Shown here: piece after piece, positions 10,879 to 21,688 of the stretch
Position numbering within the stretch: position 1 is the stretch's first letter
Layout of the letters: each line of letters starts with the position of its first letter
Assembly: GCA_973895155.1 (NCBI GenBank)
Contig: OZ316897.1
Coordinates: 20,798,260-20,862,259, forward strand
DNA: 64,000 nt
Source: Marsupella aquatica
Lineage: Eukaryota > Plantae > Marchantiophyta
Direction: 5' to 3'
The notes under the pieces: model-generated
Database searches by the model: none
The model's input: only the letters and a program-made list of their open reading frames with translations
What the model was told of the DNA's origin: nothing
Program-made: the position numbers and the translations under genes

Positions 10879-13800
10879 ATGGGAAATGATCACTCCTGTC
10901 AAATTGAGGGAATTGGGTCTGTGAAGATTCAAATGTTTGATGGCGCTGTGCGCACAGTGTCCGGAGTCAGGTATGTACCTGGCATGCGTAAGAATCTGAT
11001 TTCACTCGGTGTGTTGGATTCAAATGGTCATCAATGGAGCGTTATTGATGGTGAACTTCAAGTCAGGTCGGGAGAGACAATGATTTTGAAGGGGAGTAGA
11101 CAAAAGAATTTGTATGTGTTACAGGGCAATACTGTATGTGGAGAGGCCAATGTAACCAAGTCTCACGAGGAGATGACTCAACTGTGGCATTCACGGCTAG
11201 GCCACATGAGTGAGAAGGGTTTGGCTATCTTACGGAAGAATGGACTCATTTCTGATTTGCAATCTTGTAAATTAGAGTTTTGTGAGCATTGCATTCTTGG
11301 AAAGCAGCATCGTCGTGCTTTTGGTGTTGGAACTCATCGTTCCAAAGCGGTTCTTGAGTACATACATAGTGACGTGTGGGGTCCATCCCCGACTCCCTCA
11401 CACTCTGGAAAGTTGTACTATGTATCATTTATTGATGATTACTCAAGATTTGTGTGGATTTATTTCATGACGCATAAGTCTGATGTCTTGTCCATTTTTA
11501 AGAAGTGGAAGGCCCAGGTGGAGAATCAGACTGGAAACACGATCAAGTGTTTGGATACAAGGGTGAAGAGTCTGAGGTCAGACAACGGCGGGGAGTACAC
11601 TTCAATGGAATTTGAAGAGTACTGTTCAGAACAGGGGATAACTCGCCATCTCACCACAGTTTATACTCCGCAGCAGAATGGTGTCGCTGAGAGGCTCAAT
11701 CGGACACTGTTGGAGCGGTCACGGAGTATGTTGAGCCAATCAGGTTTACCACAAGAATTTTGGGCAGAAGCTGTCAATACCGCAGCTTATTTGGTAAATC
11801 TTTCTCCTTCTAGTGCTATCAATTTCAAAACGCCGTTTGAGATGCGCTATAAGCGGCAAGCAGACTATCATGGCTTGATAATTTTTGGAAGTGATGCATA
11901 TGCTCTCACACCAAAGCAGAATAGGACCAAGTTGGATCCTACCTCCAGGAAATGTGTTTTTCTTGGGTACCAGAGTGGTGTGAAAGCCTATAGGCTATGG
12001 GATCCTATTGCCTGTAAGCTCGTTGTTAGTAGGGATGTTTCCTTTAATGAATCCAGATTATTGAAGGAGGGGGAGAATACTCAGGTCTCCCGTACTGACA
12101 AAGGAAAATCTCCTATCCCGGATCTCGTTGAGGGGGAGATTGGTTATGAGGTGCATGACCGGAGAGAAGGAGTTGCTCCAATTATGGAGCTGGTTCCTGT
12201 GCCAGAGGAACCAGAGGAGTTTGTTGATGCTGGTGAGCAGCAAGTGGATGTTGTTGAGCTTCAAATTGTACCAGCACACGCAGATCAACCGGAGTCATCG
12301 GCTAGAAGAACATCTGGTCGCACTGTACGCGCTCCATCAAGGTATGGACAGTGGGTTGATTCATCTCAACTGCAAGAGGATGATTTTACAGCTGATGATG
12401 AGGGTGATGCGTTAATTTTGGAAGAAGGAGAACCTTCTTCATTTCATGAGGCAAGTGCTTCAAAGGAGAAGCAGAAGTGGACTGCAGCAATGCAAACGGA
12501 GATGCAGTCACTAAAGGACAACAAAACTTGGGAGCTTGTTAAGCTGCCTAAGGGTCAGCAAGTGGTGGACAGCAAGTGGATTTACAAGCTGAAGGATAAT
12601 TCCATAGGAGGTGGATCGAAGGTCTACAAGGCTAGATTGGTAGCAAAGGGATTCACACAAGAGAAAGGTGTGGATTACAATGAGGTCTTCTCACCAGTTG
12701 CTAAGTACTCTACAATACGACTATTGTGTGTACTTGTTGTAATGTTTGGTCTGCTCCTAGATCAGATGGATGTTGTCACAGCTTTCCTCTATGGCACATT
12801 GGAAGAGGTGATCTTCATGAGACAACCGCTAGGTTTTGTGAAGAGAGGACAGGAGGAATTGGTTTGCAGATTGCTGAAATCCTTGTATGGGTTGAAGCAG
12901 TCACCAAGACAGTGGAACAAGCGGTTTGACGATTGGATTCGGTCACAAGGTTTTCACAGAAGTGTATTTGACCCTTGTGTGTATTTGAAACCGGTGAAGA
13001 ATGTTGTCTTTGGGTTCATTGTTTTAGTACTTTATGTGGATGACATGCTAATTGCAGCCAAGGATAGGTCTGAGATTGTTAAGCTCAAGGCACTGCTTAG
13101 TGCAGAGTTTAAGATGAAGGACTTAGGGCCAGCTAAGAGGATTTTGGGTATGGAGATCACTAGGGACTTGGAGGCTGGCAAGCTATGGTTGACGCAGAGC
13201 AGTTATGCGAGGAAGGTAATTGCAAGGTTCAACATGGAGAATAGCAAGCCAGTAAGTACCCCGTTGGCTCCACACTTCAAGTTATCATCAGCGTTCTGTC
13301 CTACGGATGACACAGAGAAGGGGTTGATGTCAAAGGTTCCATATGACAAGGCAGTGGGGAGTCTCATGTATTTGATGACTTGCACTAGACCTGATCTTGC
13401 CATGGCTATGGGCAAGGTGAGCAGGTACATGTCGAATCCAGGGAAGGTACACTGGGAAGCAGTGAAGTGGATTATCAGGTACTTGAAGGGTACCGTGGAT
13501 CATGGTCTTTTATTTGATGCGAATGCAAAGAATGCTAGATCATTGATTGGCTATGTAGATTCTGACTATGGACAAGATTTGGACCGAAGGAGATCAACAA
13601 CAGGATACGTGTTCACACTTGGCGGTGGATGCATAAGTTGGAGGTCTACTTTGCAGAAGTGTATTGCTCAGTCTACTACAGAAGCGGAGTATGTTGCAGC
13701 TGCAGAAGCAGCAAAGGAAGCGATTTGGTTGGATAGACTTATCACTGAAATGGGATTGCCACAGGGGAATGTGAAGCTCCATTGTGATAGTCAAAGTGCG

Positions 13801-14016
13801 CTCCACCTTGCTGTGAACCAGGTGATGGACAGCAGAGTGAAGCACATTGACGTCAGGTACCATTTTATCAGGCAGGCTGTGTCTGATAATTTGTTTGAGC
13901 TAGTCAAGATTGATGGTAAACTCAACCCGGCTGACGCATTTACCAAAGTGATTCCTTTGGAGAGTTTCTCTAGACACCGTGACGTATTGCAGGTTTTGCA
14001 ATTGCATCACAAGTAG
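10879..14016 (+). CDS. Copia Pol (C-terminal part of protease, GAG-pre-integrase, integrase, RT, RNase H)
   Basis: LWHSRLGH, IHSDVWGP, LRSDNGGEY, QQNGVAER, YKARLVAKGF, LYVDDML, YVDSDY, KHIDVRYHF; intact 1045-aa ORF. Confidence 0.95.
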   Translation: MGNDHSCQIEGIGSVKIQMFDGAVRTVSGVRYVPGMRKNLISLGVLDSNGHQWSVIDGELQVRSGETMILKGSRQKNLYVLQGNTVCGEANVTKSHEEMTQLWHSRLGHMSEKGLAILRKNGLISDLQSCKLEFCEHCILGKQHRRAFGVGTHRSKAVLEYIHSDVWGPSPTPSHSGKLYYVSFIDDYSRFVWIYFMTHKSDVLSIFKKWKAQVENQTGNTIKCLDTRVKSLRSDNGGEYTSMEFEEYCSEQGITRHLTTVYTPQQNGVAERLNRTLLERSRSMLSQSGLPQEFWAEAVNTAAYLVNLSPSSAINFKTPFEMRYKRQADYHGLIIFGSDAYALTPKQNRTKLDPTSRKCVFLGYQSGVKAYRLWDPIACKLVVSRDVSFNESRLLKEGENTQVSRTDKGKSPIPDLVEGEIGYEVHDRREGVAPIMELVPVPEEPEEFVDAGEQQVDVVELQIVPAHADQPESSARRTSGRTVRAPSRYGQWVDSSQLQEDDFTADDEGDALILEEGEPSSFHEASASKEKQKWTAAMQTEMQSLKDNKTWELVKLPKGQQVVDSKWIYKLKDNSIGGGSKVYKARLVAKGFTQEKGVDYNEVFSPVAKYSTIRLLCVLVVMFGLLLDQMDVVTAFLYGTLEEVIFMRQPLGFVKRGQEELVCRLLKSLYGLKQSPRQWNKRFDDWIRSQGFHRSVFDPCVYLKPVKNVVFGFIVLVLYVDDMLIAAKDRSEIVKLKALLSAEFKMKDLGPAKRILGMEITRDLEAGKLWLTQSSYARKVIARFNMENSKPVSTPLAPHFKLSSAFCPTDDTEKGLMSKVPYDKAVGSLMYLMTCTRPDLAMAMGKVSRYMSNPGKVHWEAVKWIIRYLKGTVDHGLLFDANAKNARSLIGYVDSDYGQDLDRRRSTTGYVFTLGGGCISWRSTLQKCIAQSTTEAEYVAAAEAAKEAIWLDRLITEMGLPQGNVKLHCDSQSALHLAVNQVMDSRVKHIDVRYHFIRQAVSDNLFELVKIDGKLNPADAFTKVIPLESFSRHRDVLQVLQLHHK

Positions 14017-14207
14017 AGTTTTCTTAAACATTCATTGTAATTACTGATATATGCTCTTCCTCATTCCTATGTATTAGGCTACGGCTTAGTTCTGGTTTGC
14101 TCTAGTTAGAGAGGGAAACCGGTTTGGTTTCTGTCCAGAACTTCCCGCTGAGGGATCATATACATTGGCAGTATTACTCTCCCCTAGACCAGAGTCAAGG
14201 GGAAGAT

Positions 14208-14682
14208 TGTTGGGTATTTACTCTTACGTCTAGGTTAGGTATGACGTGGTTGGTACAACAACGTGGGTTGGTACAACTACGTGGTTAGGTACAACTACGT
14301 GATTAGGTACAACTATGTGGTTAGGTACAACTACGTGATTAGGTACAACTATGTGGTTAGGTACAACTACGTGATTAGGTACAACTATGTGGTTAGGTAC
14401 AACTATGTGGTTAGATACAACTAAGTTGCACACTATATCATAAGAGGCATGTGTGCTTGGAGAGGTAGAACCAAGGCTCATTGTTATGGAGCCACTTGAG
14501 AGATAGGGAGAGCGTACACTGTGGAGACTCGGTATAGCCGACGGGCTTAGAGTTCAGTAAAGCTCTCTTGTGTGTTCCCGTGGACGTAGCCTCAAGGAGG
14601 TGAACCACGTATCTCTTGTGTCGACTATTGTGCATTGGATGGTTCATGGGCTTGCCGTTGCAATCGTCGTCTATGCTTAACA
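14208..14682 (+). repeat. Copia 3' LTR
   Basis: Preceded by PPT AGTCAAGGGGAAGAT; followed by TSD CACTT. Confidence 0.95.
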
Positions 14683-14687
14683 CACTT

Positions 14688-16040
14688 AAGAGGCTGATGA
14701 TCAGTGATCAAGGTGAAGGGGTTACCAAACAAGTAGCAACGAAAGTGTGCAAGAGCCCACACTACTGCTAAACACTCTCCCTCATAAGAGCTATACTTAG
14801 CCTCTACTGAATTGTTTGATCTAATGGCATAAGCCACAACAAACTCATTTCCCTCATCATCCTTCTGAGTCAACACTGCTCCAAGTCCTACTCCACTCCA
14901 ATCAGTGTGTAGCTGAAATGGTCTGCCTGAAATGGGTCTTCTCAAAATAGGGGATGATGCCAACCTTTGCTTCAACTCCTGAAAGGCATGCTCCTGGTCA
15001 TCACCCCAAATCCATTCCTGATCCAACTTAGTGAGTATGGTCAAAGGTTTAGCAAGCTGGCTAAATCCTTTAACATACCTCCTGTAGTAGCTCGCCAATC
15101 CCAAGAATGCACGAACTCTACTCACATCAGTAGGACAAGGAATCTGTGTAATGGCCTCCAGTTTAGTCTGCTGTACACCCAATCCCCCTGGATATATGGT
15201 GTGGCCCAAATACTCAATGTGGTCTTGGAAGAACTTACACTTGCTAGGATGGAGCTTCAACCCATGTGCTCTCAATCTCTCCAACACAGTCTGCAAGTGC
15301 TGTTGATGTTCTTCCACAGTAGAAGAATAGACCAAAATATCATCAATATAACATCTGACAAAATCCAAACCTGCAAGGATTCGATCCATGACTCTCTGAA
15401 ACTCAGCTGGTGCATTCTTCAACCCAAATGGTAAGAATAACCATTGATACAAACGATCTTTGCCATAAGAATCAATCCCCCAGAATGCTATCTTGGACCT
15501 TTCAGCATGCCTAATTGGAAGCTGATGGTATCCTGCCCTCAGATCCAATGAACTGAAAACCTTTGCATGCCCCACAGCATCAAAGATCTCCTCAGGTGTG
15601 GGCATGGCATATCGATCAGATTTTGTCTGGCGATTAATAGGTCTGTAATCACCACACATGCGCCTATCTGTGTAATTGCCATGCACATCCTTCTTGGCTG
15701 GCATCACTGTGGCAGATGCATACTCCCCATATGAAATCTCTACCAATCCAACCTCCAACAAATCTTGAGTTCTGCTTTGAATCAAAGCTCTCTCCATGTC
15801 ACTATAACGGTATGGTCTATGAAAGATTGGCGCATCACTAGCCAATTCAATCTGAATACCAGGGCCCTTCAATGTCCCCAAATCCTTCATGCTGAATGCA
15901 AAACAATTCCAATAACTTTTCAGGAATCGATGCATGCGACGTCTCTCCTCCCCTGTTAACTTAGGGCCAAGCTGTGGTTCCCAACTCTCCACCAAATCCC
16001 TAATATCTCTTTGTAGGGTAGAAGAGATAGCCGATGATTG
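14688..16040 (-). pseudogene. Gypsy reverse transcriptase and RNase H (5' of the copia insertion)
   Basis: RMCGDYRPIN, SSLDLRAGYHQ, LPFGLKNAPAEFQR, YIDDILV, LHTDWSGVGLGAVL, ITDHQPLK. Confidence 0.95.
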
Positions 16041-17303
16041 CTATTTAGCAGTAGATTGAGCAGTCCCTTCCTGCTCAACAATCTGTCCAGCCGCCAATCC
16101 TGTCATAGGTCCATGGACTGTCTGCTCGCCCCCAGCTGTGGTCAATACTGTCTCAGTGGACCGCAAGCTCACCAAGGGATAATCAGTAATTTCGGCAGAG
16201 CGCATCCGCAACTGTTTAGCTACTCCCAAGCTGATAATCCAAGTCAAACAATTCAAATCCATTGCTTGACCAAGAACCTGGCGCCGCAAACCCTCTGACA
16301 CAGAGGCAACTGCAGTGGTGCCAGTCAAAAATCCCATAGCACGCTTTCTCTCATCAGCAGTAGGCTCCACTAACTGCTGGAGAGCTGTGTCCCATATAAG
16401 TCCAGGGCCACCTGCTCTGAATGCATATGAAGCAGAGTGGCTTACAAGAGTGGGTAATGCACAACGTGGGCACCCAACTGCATTGACCATTGCCAATGGA
16501 GGTCTATCAGGTTGGGTCACACCCTGTGCACGACGCCCTGGATCCAAAATATCATCCACCACTAAGGCTGGTGAGTGTGGAATACTGTCAAATGCGCGCT
16601 TCAGCACCTCACATGGGATCAAATTAGTCCACCACAAGCGTGGACGATGTGCACGAGAACCCACACGTGTAGCATCCAATAACATAGCAGGTCCAATCCA
16701 AGACCTCACCTGGTGAACACTGGCAACAATCCGACTATGATCATCACCTAACAATGGCACATTCTCCAAAATGTATGCTGGAGACTGTGTCTGATGTAGC
16801 TGGAGATGACGCAGCACCTGTAACATCTCCCAAAACAATGCAGAGCGTGGATCATGAAGTCCATGCCTAATGCCAGCTCTAGATTGGCCTTGACATGGCC
16901 AACCAGCAATCACCAAATCAATGGGGCCAACACGATGTAGATGATCCGCCCCCAACAATGAAATATCAGTAGGTAGTGCATGCTGATAACCACGAACAGC
17001 ATCCACTGGCAGCAACTGTGGATGTCTATCCACCAACATAGCCACATGTCGCAATGAGACCCTCCGTGTTGTCTCATCTGTCTCCACATACAAATAACGA
17101 CGCACAGGAATTCCTGCCTGAAGAATAGTAGCCAATCCAGTGCTAATCCCACCAAAAAGATCCAACAAACAAATACTCTCCGGTGGATACTGCCAAGCAA
17201 TAGGAGTGGTATCCAATGGTGAAAGAGTCACAGGTCCATCTGCAAGAGACTGCTCTGCTCCTGACTGTGGTGTAAAAGCATGACGCCATGCATCATGTAC
17301 CAA
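16041..17303 (-). pseudogene. DNMT3-like C5-cytosine DNA methyltransferase domain within the gypsy polyprotein
   Basis: Motif I LDLFGGISTG, II YVETD, IV IAGWPCQGQS (catalytic PC), VI ILENV, VIII RAHRPRLWWTNL, IX/X ERKRAMGF...RRQVLGQAM; same frame as PR and RT. Confidence 0.9.
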
Positions 17304-17315
17304 TCATGCTGCTGC

Positions 17316-19028
17316 CTATGGCAAGGCTTGTGCAGTGCCCCACACTGGTGGCACAACACTACCAATAGGTAATCCTCGCATGATGTGCTCCTCATGAGAC
17401 TCCTCCAATGGTGGAACATCGGCTGCATGTGCAATACCCTGAATCAAATCATCAGGTCCAGCAATTACACCACTGAATGCTGCCAAAGACAATGGTGTGG
17501 ATTTAGGGCCTCCCACAGGTCCACTAAATCTCACTGGCAATTTGCTCAATCGAGCATCTCCTGACTGCCAATCAGGTCTATATGACACTGATTCCTCCCA
17601 AAAATCAAGAATAAATCCCATGGGGTAGAGCACTGTACATCCCACCAACACATCATATGACTCTGCCTTAGTCAGAATAGCTCGCGCCTGTATCTGTGAG
17701 CTATCTGTGGTATGACCTTCCTGAATTCTCAAATCAAGTGGTCTCCTAGTGATATGCTGTGTAGGTGTAGGTCCCCCCAATGAAGTCTGAATGGGAAAGG
17801 GACAATCCTCCAAATCCTCTGGACGCAATCCCAATCCACGTATGGCAGACTTCCCCAACATCAAGGGCTGAGCACCAGTATCCAATAACACTCTCTCTGG
17901 CTGGTATACTGCTCCAGAAGGCCCAACTAATCGGAAGATACCACTCCGATTATCCAATGACACAACACTAGGTTTAAACCTAGTTCTCTCAAATGCAGGG
18001 CGTGCTGGTAAATCCACCAACCTCGTTGTTGCTGCATGCCATGTCTCACTAGTAGCAGTAGGTGGCATGGTCTTCACTGCATCAACACTGCAAGTTGCTT
18101 CTGCATGGGAAACAACCACTGGAGTGTCCTCACAGAGTGTAGCTGCCAATCTGAACACTTCTGCAGGACCAACTCCCAAGTTCAGCATGTCTGTCGCTGA
18201 AAATAATGGGGTGCGTACTATGGCAGTAGCCGCCCCCAACAAGGTACCTGTCATCCCTGCTACATCACTACCTGATTCTGCCAACTTACCCACATCAGGG
18301 TTTGTCCGAACCGGGTTCATAGAGGCAGTCTGAACTGTCTTTGACAATGTAAAAGACTGAGGAAGCTTTGTCTGCCGACGTGCATCCCCCCTTTGTGGAT
18401 CTAACTCCACTACTGCTCCTCGGGGCTCAAGAGCTTTGGCTACCCCACGTGTCAAAGCTGCTGATGCATCAATATGTGCAGTGCCACACATGAATCCCAT
18501 GGTGGCAAGGTCTCCATCAGCTCCATAAGATGTGGAAGGACCATGGGATGTGGAAGGTCCATAGGATGTAGATGCCCCATCACCAAAATTAGGTCTCACC
18601 TGGGAACTTGCCATGGCAGCTAGTTGTTGCTCCAATTGAGCAATCTTAGCATCCTTTGGATCTATGGTTACAGCAGGGGCAGCGTCACCTCCCTGTCTCC
18701 CTGCATGTGGCATGCCACGACCACGTCCACCACCTCTACCTCCTCCTCCTCTTCCCTGATCATGTGTACGGGATCCTCCTCTCCGTAACTCAGGGTGGAG
18801 TGAGAAACACCTATCCTTGGTGTGTCCAGGAGCTCCACAGTGATCACACTGTCGCTGATCAGGCGTTGATGCTCTCCCTGATCCTCTATGATCTGGACAA
18901 TATCTTTGTGCATGATCCCCACCACAGGTCCAACATCCTGACTGCTGTCCAGGATAAGAGGGCACAGGTCTTTGGCTGGTAGACTCTCGTGCAGTAGGCT
19001 TCTCCCTCTGGCTCTTCCGTGCAGTAGG
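17316..19028 (-). pseudogene. Gypsy Gag C-terminus (two CCHC knuckles) and aspartic protease
   Basis: CWTCGGDHAQRYC, CDHCGAPGHTKDRC; protease VLLDTGAQ...YDVLVG. Confidence 0.88.
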
Positions 19029-20030
19029 CTATGGTGTGGATGTAGATGCAGCCTTTGGTGCTTCCTTGGCAAATCCGGAAGTCACCACCTTCTCATTCAC
19101 CATATTGAGCTCAATGCGCTCAGAAAGGGTGAAAACAACTGCTAATGTGGGATCTGCATCCCTAAGCAGAGTGACATCTCTCACTCTGCGTCGCAATTCT
19201 CTGTCCAAAATTGCATACCAAAACTGGACTGCCTGAGCCTCTGTCACTCCCTTGGTGACAGTGATCAATCTGCGCATACGTGTGTATGCCTCACGTAGGC
19301 TCTCTCCAATCTTGCATTGGAACTCCTAAAGACCCTTCAACTTATCAGTTCTCACACCCTGATAGTTCTGCTTCAGTACCTCAAAGAATTCCACCACAGG
19401 ATTAAATGCTGGCGCAACTCCAGTTCCTATCACAATCACACCGGCAGGAGTAGTGGTGGATGCTGCTGGAGTGCTGCTGGTGGATGGTGTGCCACTCTGG
19501 CTAGTGCTGCTAGAAGAAGCAGCAGCTGTGGCAATGGGTTGGGCAGCCGCACTAGTGCCATAGGTGATGGACACGTAATTAGGCGACCAATGCTGCCTCC
19601 ATGCATCAATCTCAACCAAATGAGCCTTCCGAAACTCATGGTAGTCATCCATGGGTGGCCCCTCCAAATGCTGGAATAATCCCTTCCATGCCATGAAAGG
19701 GGTAAACAACGTGACGTTACGCAATGTCTGCATATCGCACCACGTATCAAACTCCTGGATGAAGTTATCCAGATCAATTATGCCAACTGCATCAGAGTAT
19801 CGTCGTGGGCCCTTTGTAGCCCCGTACATCTCGTCCATATCCCACAACAAAGGTGCAACCACCTGATGATGAGGAGAACTGGTCACTGAGTCCTCATCAT
19901 AATCACTGTCTGAAGCTGCACTGCTGACTGCTACCAATGCCGCTGGCCGAAACTGTGCCCCACTCCGAGTGAAACCGGTCTGTCGTCCATCGGGTAATCC
20001 AGCAGCACCAGAAGAATCCGTGGTGACCAA
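19029..20030 (-). pseudogene. Gypsy Gag N-terminal/capsid region
   Basis: Same frame as the downstream polyprotein, with TAG stops at 19326 and 19029; DLDNFIQEFDTW and FQCKIGESLREAYTRMRRL are gag-like. Confidence 0.7.
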
Positions 20031-20588
20031 CCCTAACCTAATCTATGTGCTAACCCTAAGGGCAATCTATCCCTGTCAGCACCACAAGCACTCACCATGG
20101 TGTGTTGGGCATCACTCCAACATCACCAAGAGAGAAATACACAGCACACTAGAATGTCTAGTTGCAAACCCGGATCACTCCTATGGAATCAAGCGCCCAC
20201 ACGAAACTAACATGGCGCATAAACAGGAAACATGTGTGAAGAGGATCCAGAAACAAGAATGGATACCATTCAACTCTCCACACAAAAGCAAATGCAAATC
20301 AATATGACAATGTGCATAAGGTTCAAGGAAGAGCCTTCATAATAGGCTTCACAATGGCACTCCAATGTTGTAGATGAGAACCAAGGCAAAATTGGTTCAA
20401 TCTGTGAGTCTAGATGGACTCAGAAGTATCAAAAACCCTAGAACAGCCTCTGATTTGGCCTAGAATAGGCCTCTAAACAAACTGGGAAGTGTATAAAGCC
20501 CCCTGGCGCTTGAATCTAAACAACAAGTTGTCAAAGCTTGTGTGTACACAAGGTGGGATGAGAACTTGCCATTTAAGCGCTCGTGGCT

Positions 20589-20757
20589 GGAAATAGCCCC
20601 GGGATGGGTGACCTCCTCGCGCTCGATCTTGTGCCTCCCCTCGCGCTCACGGCCCGGAATAGCCCCGGGATGGGTGACCTCGACCTCGCGCTTGCCTGCA
20701 CTCGCGATGGGTGACTTCGCGCTCGTGGTTGGGAGCACTTTTGGGATGGGTGACCTC
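20589..20757. repeat. Dispersed GGGATGGGTGACCTC motif (4 copies) in the gypsy 5' leader
   Basis: GGAAATAGCCCCGGGATGGGTGACCTC-like sequence twice, plus two shorter GATGGGTGAC copies. Confidence 0.7.
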
Positions 20758-21000
20758 ACGCGTCGCCTCGCGCCTGACCCCAAAAACAACTACTTCCTTC
20801 ACGAAAAGCTCCCGAAAACTGTCGATTTCCTTCATGAAAAACGCAGCCCTTCCACAGAATTGGCAGCAGCTTGATTCAACACCTTTGACCCTCGTTTCTT
20901 TCACTAAAACGATGATACCGTCGCACGGGGCATTGGCAGCTCCGTTCCTTCAGGAAAAGAGCCGTCGCTTCACCTGCGCCTTGCCAACATCGTCCAACAA

Positions 21001-21088
21001 TAGCCGGCAATCAGATTTGAAGCCCCACAGTAGCCGACAATCAGATCTGAAGCCTCACAGTAGCCGGCAATCGGATCTGAAGCCTCAC
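21001..21088. repeat. 30-bp tandem repeat x3 (TAGCCGGCAATCAGATCTGAAGCCTCACAG) in the gypsy 5' leader
   Basis: Visible tandem units; gives SRQSDLKPHS x3 in ORF 20711-21361. Confidence 0.85.
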
Positions 21089-21358
21089 GGATCGACTTCC
21101 ACTGTCCAACATCTACTCAACATTCGCTTTCCTCCACGAATCATCAATCGACCTCCAACTCAAAACCTGTCACCAATCACAGATCTGTACATCGATCGGG
21201 AAGCAGGCCGATCGGACAACAACGATACAGGTCAAGATACCAACGATCTGTTCGATAACAACACACAATCCGAGCTACCACGAACCATCAACAACTCAAT
21301 CAATCGAACTTCTGTCCGCACAGTCCGTACATCAGATTTCGAATGTGATCTTTCAATG

Positions 21359-21688
21359 TAATCTCCATACAATCGGCACAACGATCTCGGTCAACAATAC
21401 CCCATCGATCCCGCACCGATCCGATCACACACGTATGTCAAGCCAACGCACCTTGCACTACTCAAGGAATCCATGTTACACAAGCGGAGCTCACAGCCAC
21501 CATAGCCACACTCAAGCTCCTCTCTCTCCAAGGCTCAACATTGAAAGATGACCTTTCAATGCCTCACAAGTGAGAAGTACCCTCTCACACAAACCTGACA
21601 GAACCTTATCGGCTCCAATAGCACTCATACCAAACGTACATACTCTAATAGCATGATATACTACTACACTACTCAGAATGGTGTGACA
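21359..21688 (-). repeat. Terminal repeat segment B (5' copy); with 21357-21358 it reads TGTCACACC...GGAGATTACA on the minus strand
   Basis: Direct repeat of 5664-5993; segment A is absent beyond it. Confidence 0.92.

Larger units (their letters stand above)
8080..14682 (+). mobile_element. Full-length Ty1/copia LTR retrotransposon (Tnt1/Tork-like) nested in the gypsy RNase H
   Basis: 475-bp TG...CA LTRs 8080-8554 and 14208-14682 (3 differences); TSD CACTT (8075-8079, 14683-14687); PBS TGGTATCAGAGC; PPT; domain order IN-RT-RH. Confidence 0.97.
5527..21688 (-). mobile_element. Ty3/gypsy retrotransposon carrying a DNMT3-like methyltransferase and a PHD-finger integrase; split-direct-repeat termini; interrupted by a copia element
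   Basis: Ends TGTC...TGACA, flanked by TTTT(T) and TTTT(G). Gag, PR, DNMT, RT, RH and IN segments form one reading frame once the copia insertion is removed; gypsy order RT-RH-IN; repeats 5527-5664 = 5996-6133 and 5664-5993 = 21359-21688. Confidence 0.92.

Noticed and set aside
20711-21361. 216-aa plus-strand ORF in the gypsy leader
   Set aside because: Low-complexity and built from 30-bp repeats, with no recognisable domain.
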